From an uncultured Nitrososphaerota archaeon (GTDB lineage Archaea; Thermoproteota; Nitrososphaeria; Nitrososphaerales; CADDZS01), in NCBI GenBank assembly GCA_963799845.1, contig CAWCYI010000006.1:1687266-1751265 (forward strand): DNA of 64,000 nt, read 5' to 3'. The position numbers were made by a program, and so were the translations under genes. Shown here piece after piece: positions 1 through 9,851 of the stretch. A model generated the notes under the pieces. It did not search any database and was not told where the DNA came from. It saw nothing but the letters and a program-made list of their open reading frames with translations. Positions within the stretch are counted from its first letter, which is position 1, and the number at the start of each line of letters is the position of its first letter.

Positions 1-253
1 TCTTGTCTGCAAGTGGCCTTATTCTTTTGGCTTGAAACAAGTCCTGCATATCGCCCGAGAAACGCTCAAAGTTGGGAATCTCGAATTTCCTCGCTCTTTC
101 AAGCAAACTGAGTTCCAACAATGAATAAGGTGATAGTAACAAATCCTTCTCTCTTTCTTCGTCGAGTATCTTGAGGGAGTACGGCCTGAGAGGATCGATA
201 GGATTTATCGCGGCAAGCAGAACATCGGTTTCGATTAGCAAGTGTATGCTCAC
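1..253 (-). CDS. vapC: PIN-domain toxin (VapC-like), runs off the window start
   Basis: Manual translation from GTG at 253 gives MSIHLLIETDVLLAAINPIDPL...LLLSPYSLLEL, a PIN N-terminal pattern (IETD, SPYSLLE). It lies directly downstream of an AbrB-type gene. Not in the ORF track. Confidence 0.8.
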   Translation of the reverse strand, partial: MSIHLLIETDVLLAAINPIDPLRPYSLKILDEEREKDLLLSPYSLLELSLLERARKFEIPNFERFSGDMQDLFQAKRIRPLADK

Positions 254-289
254 TCAGTCGACATGATCAATTGAGGAAACTTTTGAGTT

Positions 290-553
290 TTAGACCTTCG
301 ACTGCACTTCTTTTAGCAGCTGCTTCCCAGCCGCTCTTCTGAGGCTAGGAAGCGACTTTTCGACACTCCTAAAATTGAATTTTACATCGCTTGCAACTCT
401 ATCATAGAGGTTTGAAATAGGTTCGATTGAAAACGAGCCATTTTCTTCAATCTTCACGGTAACTGACTTTTTTATCCCCAACCTCTCTCGTACTTCTCTC
501 GGTATTTGCAGGCGTCCCTTTTCGTCCACCTTGAGAGTCCTTACCTCTGTCAT
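290..553 (-). CDS. AbrB/MazE/SpoVT-family antitoxin
   Basis: KVDEKGRLQIPREVRERLGI swapped-hairpin signature; likely start is ATG at 553; upstream of the PIN gene. Confidence 0.85.
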   Translation of the reverse strand: MTEVRTLKVDEKGRLQIPREVRERLGIKKSVTVKIEENGSFSIEPISNLYDRVASDVKFNFRSVEKSLPSLRRAAGKQLLKEVQSKV

Positions 554-677
554 CCCACTTTTCCTTAGTGAAGTGGGACTTATAAACGATCGTTTAGGTA
601 TGCAGGTCTTTTGCACAGACCTGAAAAAATCCATAAGATAAGGTACCGGTAGTACAAGCTTTGCAGCTCAGATGAGC

Positions 678-1646
678 TCATGACGAAACTTTGGGAACGG
701 TCGTCTTGCCGATTATTTCCTCGATGATGCTTTCGGGCTTTGTTCCTCTGAGCCAGTTATCCGCCGTGAGGATTAACCTGTGGTTCAGTGCAGAGATCGC
801 GACTGCCTTGATATCGTCCGGAATGACATAATCCCTCTGATCCAGCCACGCGTTTGCCTTCGATAGCTTCAAGATTGCAAGCGAACCCCTCGGGCTCGAG
901 CCGACTTCAACGGAGGGATGATCGCGAGTTTTCCCGACAATTTCAGCGATGTATTTTTCAACATCTCGTTCTATGTGGACTGACTCGACGAGAGACTGCA
1001 TCTCCAGTAGCGCGTTTTTTTCGACGACTTTTTCCAATGAAAAATCATCGCTTCGCCTCGCTGATCTCCTCTCAAGTATGGAAGTCTCTTCTTCAATGGT
1101 AGGATATCCGATGGTAGTTTTCACTATAAACCGGTCGAGCTGAGCTTCGGGGAGCGGATAAGTCCCCTCGTATTCAATCGGGTTTTGGGTTGCAAACACG
1201 ATGAAAGGGGCTCCCAGTTTCATCGTTTCATTTTCGATCGTGACCTGCCGCTCTTGCATAGCTTCAAGCAACGCTGATTGCGTCCGGGGAGGAGCCCTGT
1301 TGATCTCATCGGCCAGGAGAATGTTGCAAAAGATTGGCCCCTTGCGCAGCTCGAACGCCGAAGTTGCTCGATTGTAAACGTAGCTTCCGGTCACATCGGC
1401 CGGAAGAAGGTCGGAGGTAAACTGGATCCGCTTGAACTCGCATCCTAGGCTCTGCGCGAAAGATCTTGCGGTGAGGGTTTTCGCCAACCCCGGCAGGTCT
1501 TCAAACAAGACATGGCCATTACACAGGATCGAAAGCAAGATCAGCCTCAACACTGCTTTTTTTCCGACGATAGCCGTCCCTACCACATCCAAGATCTTCA
1601 GCGCCGAGTTTTGCGCCCGCTCTGGTTCAGCCATAAAAATGGTCAC
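678..1646 (-). CDS. MoxR-family AAA+ ATPase
   Basis: EDLPGLAKT Walker A, RIQFTSDLLPADVTG, LLADEINRAPPRTQSALLEAMQE, ATQNPIEYEGTYPLPEAQLDRF. Confidence 0.95.
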   Translation of the reverse strand: MTIFMAEPERAQNSALKILDVVGTAIVGKKAVLRLILLSILCNGHVLFEDLPGLAKTLTARSFAQSLGCEFKRIQFTSDLLPADVTGSYVYNRATSAFELRKGPIFCNILLADEINRAPPRTQSALLEAMQERQVTIENETMKLGAPFIVFATQNPIEYEGTYPLPEAQLDRFIVKTTIGYPTIEEETSILERRSARRSDDFSLEKVVEKNALLEMQSLVESVHIERDVEKYIAEIVGKTRDHPSVEVGSSPRGSLAILKLSKANAWLDQRDYVIPDDIKAVAISALNHRLILTADNWLRGTKPESIIEEIIGKTTVPKVSS

Positions 1647-1667
1647 GATGATAGTTTGGCTCGGAGT

Positions 1668-2241
1668 TCACTGGTCTCCGAGTTTCTGGACAATGCGCTC
1701 TAAACTTGTTAGATAAGCTTCTCTTTCCTGCCTCGACATCCTTGTCTTGGACGCCCTTCTTCCAAAGGTTTGACTCCCATCAGAAGTAAACGGAATTACG
1801 ACTCGCTCCAGGTCCGACTGAAAAAGCCTATCATTTGACATGTCCCGGTATTTCTTGGACGCGTTATCTTCCATGACATTCTTGATAACATGAGCTCATC
1901 TCCCGACGCGAGTGGTCGGAACCGCGTGATGCGTACTTTACGTAGATGTTCATCGAATTAACTACATCATTTCCCTTTCCGCCGTCGGAGCCTCTTCGAG
2001 GATCTGCGGGAAACGAGTCTTCTTCGGGCCTTGAATACATTATGAACACGGATATGGAGACTCCCTCGAGAAGGATGCAAACGTACAGGGAAATCACAAG
2101 TATGATTTGAGAATTCCTGAGCAAAGCAAGAATCAGAATTGCGACTAGGAGAACAATACTGACAATCCCCGCGGACCGCCTCGACCGACTTCGCGAGCTG
2201 CTCTTCCCTTCAAGTTGGAGGCCCGACCAACTACTTAGCAA
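1668..2241 (-). CDS. Membrane protein of the MoxR/DUF4129 operon, frameshifted near 1870-1890
   Basis: Two hydrophobic segments in ORF 1864-2241. Overlapping ORF 1668-1874 looks like its C-terminus. Position between the DUF4129-like gene and MoxR. Confidence 0.55.
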
Positions 2242-2248
2242 AACGAAA

Positions 2249-3034
2249 TCACTCTGTCCCAGAATTTATCTCTCTTAACACGCTACTAAGATTCGACAGT
2301 GACTCGATCGCAAGATCTGCATCTTCTTTTGATATTTCCTTGAGGCTGTATCGCGCTATCTCGAAGATTTCAGTAACTTGCGAAAGGTACGGGGTGTCGA
2401 GTTTCAAACTTGTGGACACGGTCTTCTCAAATTCCCTTGCCGTTAGCGGCCTTCCATCAATCGAGGACTTAGCTTCGAGCAGTTCGGATATCCGTCTATA
2501 ACACTCTAGTACCGTCCTGCGATATTCATTTCCCCGTCTAAGTTCGGAAACGGCATCGTCCAAGGCGTTGGCGACTTCAATTCTTTGCGATTCAAGATCC
2601 TTGGCCCCGTCGAATCCCGTGACACTATTTTGTCGCCGAACGTTCCTCACAACGGCAAGGCCAACTATAAAGAAAACAATTACGATGATTGCAACAAGAT
2701 ATGCGCTTGGGACTGAAATACTTGGAAAGAAGTTCGGAAATTGCGGGCTGTTCTGAATCGCGGAGGCGTTCAATTCGATAGAAGTTATGGTATTGTTGAT
2801 CGTGGCCGTGAAGTAGATACCACTGGGTGAACCCAAGTTCAGGAAATTGAAAAGCGGGGCGTTGGTCGCAACAACGTTCAGCGAGGAGTAAAAGGCAAAT
2901 AGGACAGCGATGGGAAACGCTAGTATCGCCACTATTATGGTAATTTTTGCTCTGCGATCTAGTCCGCTCATCCGTGAATTGTCATCCGCGCCGCTAGGCT
3001 TGGATCTCGTCCCATCACCTAAATTCAAAAGCAA
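2249..3034 (-). CDS. DUF4129-domain membrane protein
   Basis: Two TM segments, then YRRISELLE...LTAREF...TEIFEIARYS; typical MoxR neighbour. Confidence 0.8.
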   Translation of the reverse strand: MLLNLGDGTRSKPSGADDNSRMSGLDRRAKITIIVAILAFPIAVLFAFYSSLNVVATNAPLFNFLNLGSPSGIYFTATINNTITSIELNASAIQNSPQFPNFFPSISVPSAYLVAIIVIVFFIVGLAVVRNVRRQNSVTGFDGAKDLESQRIEVANALDDAVSELRRGNEYRRTVLECYRRISELLEAKSSIDGRPLTAREFEKTVSTSLKLDTPYLSQVTEIFEIARYSLKEISKEDADLAIESLSNLSSVLREINSGTE

Positions 3035-3407
3035 GTTAAATAATGACGGATGATGCCATAAGACTTTCCAGAGGAATTACCCTACTAGACCGCGGAGCTC
3101 TGAAAATGAGCTTTCGTGAGTCTCAGCGACAGAACAAGGTCGTCCTCATCGACCTCAACCAGTCCTCCGGAACCGATTTTGAGTTCCGCGACGATTGACC
3201 TGTTGATCGATTTCATACCGCTTCCAAACATGTCTTGCAAAGCTGAGACGAAGTCCTCCAGTCGTTTGGGTATTTCCTCTTTTGGGAGATTATTTGCGTG
3301 CTCTAATCTAAAGTAAACCACCTGGGCTACTCCTTGACCATACTATTAAGCCCGCTGTCTATGCAACGAAGAAGCAGTGAATTTGGATCGTCCTTCCCAC
3401 GATCAGA

Positions 3408-4586
3408 CAGTAGATGCGAATGAATTCAAGCGTTTTCGGCCGTAATTATTATGGCCAGCGTGCCTTAGGGCTTCTTTCCGACATTCATTGAAGGTCAATT
3501 CAAGAAAGCTGCATGAATTCGTGAAGAAAAGTATCTCAGGATTGCTAACATACGACCTCAAGGAGAGAGCCATTTACTCAAAAGCCGATCACCTAAAACT
3601 GCTTATTTCTGCAAGCTTGGTGAATGGGTTTGCAGAAGGTGTTTCAAAGTCTCTAGACGAATCACCGACAGCAGAAACTCTTCTTTCGTACATCAAATCA
3701 CAAAGAGAAGAGAGGCTCAAACGAATCTTCGATGATTTGGTAGACATGAATGTAAAGAAGCTCCGAAAACGACGGAAATTACGACTTCCAGTCCCCGTAG
3801 CGGTGGATCTGCACGATGTCATGTATTACGGCGATCATGAAGAAACACCGATGGTCATCGGAACCATGCACCGAGATGGAAGCAATTATGCGTTCAAGTA
3901 TCTTACAGCTTCTGTTCTGGTAGATGGGGAAAGACTGATCGTAGCTGTTACAGGGTTAGAATCAGCTGCGGAACTTGCTTCATCTGCCGAACAAATTGTG
4001 CGAAAACTGCGAGAAGAGCTGGAAATCAGAATTCGATACTTGGTGTTTGACGGTGGATTCCTTAGCACAGGCTTCCTGAGATTTCTTGAGGAATCTGGAC
4101 TCAAGTACATCGTCCGAATGGCTCCGACCTACAGCACAAAGAAAATGAGGCTCTGGAATGGCAGGAGATTCACATACACGACTAGTGGACACAGGAGAAG
4201 AAAGTCCGAACAAACGTCATTTGATGTGGTCGTGGTCTACGACAAATCAAAGGATTACAAGTACCTGTTTGCAACCAATCTTCCCTACAAAGCTGAGACA
4301 GTATTGAGATTGTTCAAGAATCGTTGGGGCATAGAGACGAGCTACCGGATGTCAAATCAGTTCCTGGTAAAAACAACATCAAGGAACTATGTTGTAAGGT
4401 TATTTTACTATCTCTTTGCATGTCTTGTATACAACGCGTGGGTCATGTACAATGCCGATCGAGAGATACTCCATCCGAATGACTATGTATCGATCAAAGT
4501 AATCCAAATGAAACTCTATCTCATCGGTCTAATAATGAACGGGTCATTTGACATGAGAGGAAAGCATACTTGATTCGCATCTACTG
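3408..4586 (+). mobile_element. ISH3-family insertion sequence
   Basis: Terminal IR CAGTAGATGCGAAT at 3408 and ATTCGCATCTACTG ending 4586; 4-bp duplication CAGA at 3404-3407 and 4587-4590; encloses a DDE transposase. Confidence 0.9.
3488..4573 (+). CDS. ISH3-family DDE transposase
   Basis: VAVDLHDVMYYG, LVFDGGFLS, FKNRWGIETSYR motifs. Confidence 0.9.
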   Translation: MKVNSRKLHEFVKKSISGLLTYDLKERAIYSKADHLKLLISASLVNGFAEGVSKSLDESPTAETLLSYIKSQREERLKRIFDDLVDMNVKKLRKRRKLRLPVPVAVDLHDVMYYGDHEETPMVIGTMHRDGSNYAFKYLTASVLVDGERLIVAVTGLESAAELASSAEQIVRKLREELEIRIRYLVFDGGFLSTGFLRFLEESGLKYIVRMAPTYSTKKMRLWNGRRFTYTTSGHRRRKSEQTSFDVVVVYDKSKDYKYLFATNLPYKAETVLRLFKNRWGIETSYRMSNQFLVKTTSRNYVVRLFYYLFACLVYNAWVMYNADREILHPNDYVSIKVIQMKLYLIGLIMNGSFDMRGKHT

Positions 4587-5153
4587 CAGAGTGGGTGGAC
4601 AATCTAGTCATATCAGTCAACTACAACCCTGCACTTTCCAGAACGAATTTTTTTCAACGAAAACCAATTTTCCAATCCAAGACAAAAATTTGGGATGGGG
4701 AGGTTGAGCGCTGCCCTAATTTCAGAATTTCGGTTTCTTGTATTCTAGTGCGAAATTGGTCCGGGTCCGATCGTTTCCAGAAGGGGATGATGCCCAGCTG
4801 GTACATACCCGAAGTGAATGGCTGCGGCTATAGCGGATAATACCGAGAGTGCAACTAGTCCCAGTTTGATTTTGTCATCGATGGACATTGGTCTAGTGGA
4901 TTAGATGTTTTAGAAAAATCTGTCGGTTTTGGCCTCAAAACTAATAATATTCAGTTATTCATACCAAATGGATTTAAAGAGTCTACGAGTGCGGTGTACG
5001 AAAATGGGAATATGACATAGATTTGCCTCGTAGGAGACCAGAAGATATTGAAAGCTGAGTCAGGAATCTAGGCGACAGGCTCCTAGGAGCAACCGCTCCG
5101 GGCAAAAGTAAATAGCACGAATGTTTTCTTAATTTATTTGAGACGTTCAAGAG

Positions 5154-5633
5154 ATGGACAAACCACCAGAAGATCTAGTGAAAATACTCGGACCGAATGA
5201 ACAGGTCGAACTCTACATCCAGCAGAAAATTTTTCATCCGAGAATAAATATTGAATCCGTTGTCATTACAAACGAGCGCATCATTTTTCGCCACCCGCAT
5301 GATCTGAATCTCAAAAAAGACTACACCGATTACAATTTTCAGGACATTTCCAATGTGATTCTGGACAAGGGAATCCTTCGATCAACTTTGAAACTCACTT
5401 TGCGGTTCGGTGGAGACGCACTTGACTTAAAAGATCTTCCAAATTCGGACGCTGAAAAAGCATACGGGATTATCAGGGAGAATTTGGTTCGTTACCAATC
5501 TCCCTTCACCGCAGGGGCTACTGGAATCCCTCCGATGCAACAACAGCCCCAAAGGGCAATGGTCTGTCCGAAGTGCGGAGCTGCAGTGGCAGCTGGTCAA
5601 CGTTTCTGCGGCAGCTGCGGTGCGGCAGTCTAG
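5154..5633 (+). CDS. Bacterial-type PH-domain protein with C-terminal zinc ribbon
   Basis: VVITNERIIF PH-like motif; C-terminal CPKCG...FCGSCG. Confidence 0.75.
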   Translation: MDKPPEDLVKILGPNEQVELYIQQKIFHPRINIESVVITNERIIFRHPHDLNLKKDYTDYNFQDISNVILDKGILRSTLKLTLRFGGDALDLKDLPNSDAEKAYGIIRENLVRYQSPFTAGATGIPPMQQQPQRAMVCPKCGAAVAAGQRFCGSCGAAV

Positions 5634-5637
5634 CGTC

Positions 5638-6288
5638 ATGTATACACCACGCTGGTTCAAGGAAGACAGGTTACCTGTTATTCACGAAGCCATAGAGAGA
5701 ATCGCATTTGGAACTCTTGTCACCAGCACACCCAAAGGATTGATCGCAAGCCACATTCCGATGTTCGTGGAAAAGTCGAAGGGAACCTACGGCACCCTCT
5801 ACGGGCATATAGCCCGCGGAAATTCGCAGTGGAGAGATTCTTCTCCGGGGGTTGAATCCCTGGCGATGTTCGTGGGTCCCGACGCGTACATCACCCCAAA
5901 TTGGTACCAGACCAGAATTGACACAGGAAAAGTGGTACCGACCTGGAACTATGTGGCGATCCATGTTTATGGGTGTCCTGTGTTTTTCGAAGACAAGGAT
6001 CGTCTGCTGAAACTCGTGACGCATCTCACAAATGTCCATGAAGCTCCTTTCGACAACCCATGGAAAGTCAGCGACGCACCGCGAGACTACATCGAAGCAG
6101 AGTTGAAATCAATCGTAGGCTTTGAAATGCCGATCTCGCGAATAGAAGGCAAGTGGAAGATGAACCAGAATCGGTCAGATGCAGATCGCAAGGGGGTTAT
6201 CAAGGGACTGGGCGAAATGCACGACGAGACAGCTGATCTCGTCGCCGCGGAAATAAGAAAACGAGAAGAGGAGTACAGATCTCCGTAA
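5638..6288 (+). CDS. PaiB-family FMN-binding split-barrel protein
   Basis: MYTPRWF start, LYGHIARGN, GPDAYITPNWY, VPTWNYVAIHVYG, KWKMNQNR. Confidence 0.9.
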   Translation: MYTPRWFKEDRLPVIHEAIERIAFGTLVTSTPKGLIASHIPMFVEKSKGTYGTLYGHIARGNSQWRDSSPGVESLAMFVGPDAYITPNWYQTRIDTGKVVPTWNYVAIHVYGCPVFFEDKDRLLKLVTHLTNVHEAPFDNPWKVSDAPRDYIEAELKSIVGFEMPISRIEGKWKMNQNRSDADRKGVIKGLGEMHDETADLVAAEIRKREEEYRSP

Positions 6289-6351
6289 TGACTTATTCTA
6301 GAAGCGAGAGCTCGTTCTCCAAACTTTGGATTCTTCTATTTATCGAATTGA

Positions 6352-7602
6352 CTAGATTGTAGTCATCGAAGTATGACTGGTTTCTGAAGTCGTACTCGAA
6401 GTGCCGCTTGTTGTTGTCGTTGTGTTTGCGATGGTCAGTGAAATAAGTTGATACTCTGAGATCTCCGTCCCCGTCGCAGGTGACGAAATGTAAGAGTCAA
6501 CCAACGTTACCAGGGTTGTATTTGTTCCAGGAAGCTTTCCCACCTGAATTATCGTATACCCCGTGGAGTTTAGTTGGGGCACGCTGGAATTACCGCAGTT
6601 TGAGTCCGAATTTGACGACGTTGTCGAGCTCGAAGAGTTAGAGGCTGGTATCGTCACGTTGTAATTTGTAACGTCCATCGTTACATTTCCAAGATTGATT
6701 GTTGTTTGATTGATTTCGGTCATTACCTGATAATCCGATTGCACCGCTGAAATTATGCTTGAGTAAAGCAACGAAAGTTCGAAAAAGACCATAAGATCTG
6801 CAGCAGTTGAAGTAGCGAGAGCACCCGTTATGGTATTGCTCCCTGAAACAATCAGCGTTGCATTCCACGCAGGATTAAAATAAATTGTTCCAGTCTGATT
6901 TTGTGATCCTCCGAACGATTGCGTTCCATTCGTTGAAAGATCTAAAGTATAATTCACTAAAGTGAATTGACTCCCGTTGATTACCTTAGTCCCAACTACA
7001 GAGTACGATCCAAGTATAAGCTCGGTTACATTAACGACACTCGAATTTCCGAGCGTTGACTCATTTAGATTAGAGTTTATGTAAAATCGGAGAGACATTT
7101 GGGAAAAGTTTCCTAAAAGATCCTTTGTCATACTTGAGGAAAAGATGCCCGAAAGAATATTCAAAACGCCTGATTGCGACTCGCTCGTAGAATAAGTGCA
7201 GGTGCTTGACTCTGTGAGTGTAGTCGCATAAGTCAACGATGTTTCCATAGAAGTTTCCGTTGTAGTGAAAAGCGTTGTAGTCGAGGTGACTGACGATTGT
7301 GTCTCGTAAGAGGTTGTGGATGGTTCTGTCTCGGAAGAGGTTGACGTCGAGCCAGTACTCGTGGATGTTGAGCCGCTGCTCGTGGACGTTGAACTCGTCG
7401 CTGGTTGAGCAGAGCTACTCGATGAAGGCTGTGTTGACGAAGATGTTTCGGGAACAACCGTACTCGAAATCGATTCGGTTGCATTCTTGTTCTGAGTAAA
7501 GGCGTAGTAACCACCGACTCCGGCGGCTCCGACAATTAAGAATGTGACCACAACGGTAACCACACTGGCGACTGCATTCCCCGAATGCCCGTAGCGTAAC
7601 AT
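6352..7602 (-). CDS. Ser/Thr-rich membrane-anchored surface (glyco)protein
   Basis: N-terminal hydrophobic anchor, long S/T tracts, many N-x-S/T sequons. Confidence 0.8.
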   Translation of the reverse strand: MLRYGHSGNAVASVVTVVVTFLIVGAAGVGGYYAFTQNKNATESISSTVVPETSSSTQPSSSSSAQPATSSTSTSSGSTSTSTGSTSTSSETEPSTTSYETQSSVTSTTTLFTTTETSMETSLTYATTLTESSTCTYSTSESQSGVLNILSGIFSSSMTKDLLGNFSQMSLRFYINSNLNESTLGNSSVVNVTELILGSYSVVGTKVINGSQFTLVNYTLDLSTNGTQSFGGSQNQTGTIYFNPAWNATLIVSGSNTITGALATSTAADLMVFFELSLLYSSIISAVQSDYQVMTEINQTTINLGNVTMDVTNYNVTIPASNSSSSTTSSNSDSNCGNSSVPQLNSTGYTIIQVGKLPGTNTTLVTLVDSYISSPATGTEISEYQLISLTIANTTTTTSGTSSTTSETSHTSMTTI

Positions 7603-7804
7603 CGTGCCTCAATCACCCTTGTCAGCGTAGAGATTTAGGAAACACGTCGAATTTAGAAAAAACACGGTCATACTATTCTGGAATATGGCAATAATCTGTA
7701 ATAAATAGGCATATCTCGGAAATCGAAATCTCCCTCGATGCCTGATTTCAACCGCCTGCCTCTTTGTAAAATGTGAAATAAGCGATGCCTCGGCGGGACC
7801 TTGC

Positions 7805-9851
7805 TTGAGCTCAAAGTTACTTGAAACTTTCATCGGCATAGATGTCGGAGGAACATTTACGGACGTCATCCTCTTCAATGCAAGTTCAAAGGAAACTAAA
7901 GTTATCAAAGTCTCCACTTCTCCTGGGAAAATCGAGGAGGCGATAGTTAACGCTCTCTCCTCCGAAGACATTGATCCTTCCAACACAAAGATGATGAGCC
8001 ATGCTACTACAACTGCGACAAATGCTCTTCTAACATCTAGCGGTCTCGCGAAAACGGCATTGGTTACTAACGCGGGATTCAGGGATGTTCTAGAAATCGG
8101 GCGGCAAAGAAGACCCGAGATATACAACCTCTACAGCAAAAGGCCAACTCCGCTCGTCAAGAGACACGATCGTTATACGATTAAGAGTAGAATGCTCTAT
8201 GATGGTAAGGAGTGAGGGCCCGTTCAGGGAACGGAAGTGCGGCGTCTTGCAAAAAAGCTCGCACGGGAAAAGTATGATTGCGTCGTTGTTGGGCTCCTCA
8301 ATTCATACGCCAATCCCTCTCATGAAGCGGCAGTGGAAAAAATAATCAAGAGAGATTACGACGGACGGATCGTCACGTCAAGTAGTGTGAATAACGAGTA
8401 CAGAGAATACGAGAGATTCAGCACCGCAGTGGTTAATGCCGCCCTTATTCCACTTGTCTCAAACTACCTCGATAATCTGAGCAAGAGTCTGAAGACCAAA
8501 GGCTTCGTTGCCCCAATTTACATAATGAACTCGGATGGTAATGTGAGCTCCCTTGCACAGGCTTCTAGATTTCCCATATCCATTATTGAATCGGGTCCCG
8601 CCGCCGGAGTTCTTGCATGTGCTGACCTAGCGAAATCACTTTCCCTCCTTAAGGTGGCGACTTTTGACATGGGCGGCACAACTGCAAAGGCCGGCATGAT
8701 TACCAACTATCAGCCGGACATTTCATATGAGTTCGAAGCTTCGGGATCTACCCACAGCGGAAGATCGATCAAGGGAAGTGGATACCCCGTCAGGTACCCG
8801 TTTGTCGATCTGGCGGAGGTCAGCTCTGGCGGAGGAACCATTGCCTGGGTTGATGATGGTGGGGCGTTGCGGCTGGGTCCCAAGAGCGCTGGGGCAGAAC
8901 CTGGGCCTGCAGCCTATGGGAGGGGTGGAGTCAATCCCACAATAACTGATGCTAACATAATTCTTGGGCGTCTCAGTCCCGTCCATCTTCTGGGAGGTAA
9001 GATGAATGTTCATCCTGAGCTTGCAAGGAAAGCTATCCTAGAACATGTCGCGGATAAACTTCGCTTGACAGCTGGCGAAGCTTCCCAGGCAATCATCAGG
9101 CTGGTAAATCACAACATGGCAAGGGCAATTTCGATTGTTTCCGTTGAACGTGGGCGCGACCCGAGAGAGTACACACTTTTTTCTTTTGGTGGCGCAGGAC
9201 CGCTGCATGCGTGCGATTCTGGCCGAAGAAATGTCAATTACTAGAGTTATAGTACCGCTTCACCCTGGACTATTCTCGGCATACGGTCTCCTGACGGTGG
9301 ATCTAGCGAGGATGTTTTCGATTCCGGTAATGAGCACAGATCTTCAATCACTGGGCAGGGTGTTTCATAAACTAAGGAAAGAGTGCGTGAAAGAACTCCA
9401 CATAGAGAAACTGGACAATTTTGTGTTGAATGAGTCCGTCGATGTTAGGTATCAAGGTCAATCATACGAAATCAATCTTCCCCACCAGCCCCCGGACTCG
9501 TTAAGAAATCTCTTCGATGCAAAACACAAGGAACTCTATGGTTACTCGTCACCTGAGGCAAATGTTGAGGTTGTCAACGCGAAAATCAAAGCCGTAGTTC
9601 CGGTTCCGAAAATTGAGAGAAAGAGGGAGGAAATCATTACAAGTCGTGAACCAAGAGAAATGGGAAATCGAGAGGCTTGGGTTTCCGGAAAGAATTCTCT
9701 AGTTCCTGCATATGTCCGCGAAGAGCTTTCCCCGGGAAATAATGGCGTCGGACCGGCAATAGTGGAGGAATATGACTCGACGACTGTTATCAACAGCAGC
9801 TGGTCTTGGATGATTGATGAATATCGTAATATCCGTTTAGAAAGGATTTAG
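7805..9851 (+). CDS. Hydantoinase A / 5-oxoprolinase ATP-binding subunit; in-frame TGA at 8213-8215 and frameshift near 9220
   Basis: IGIDVGGTFTD, HATTTATNALL, ESGPAAG, DMGGTTAK, GPKSAGAEPGP, FGGAGPLHA; C-terminal part DVRYQGQSYE, GPAIVEEYDSTTV. Confidence 0.9.

Larger units (their letters stand above)
3085..4611 (-). pseudogene. Small archaeal signal-output-type protein (DUF3227/NitrOD5-like) interrupted by an ISH3 element
   Basis: Removing the IS and one CAGA joins MTRLSTH (ATG at 4611) to SDRGKDDPNSLLLRCIDSGLNS. After a 1-nt slip near 3341 it continues GQGVAQVVYFRLE...EIPKRLEDFVSALQDMFG. Confidence 0.65.

Noticed and set aside
3337-4966. Apparent ACCA target duplication (3337-3340 and 4963-4966) defining a longer IS
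   Set aside because: No inverted repeats at those ends. The IRs and CAGA duplication at 3408-4586 explain the locus, and the host gene continues to 3407.
6352-7602. Ser/Thr tracts here and at about 34850-35030 as DNA tandem repeats
   Set aside because: Codons vary; this is protein-level low complexity typical of archaeal surface linkers.
8213-8215. Selenocysteine or recoded TGA
   Set aside because: The position is not a Cys/catalytic site, TGA ends many normal genes in this window, and no SECIS-like element was recognised.
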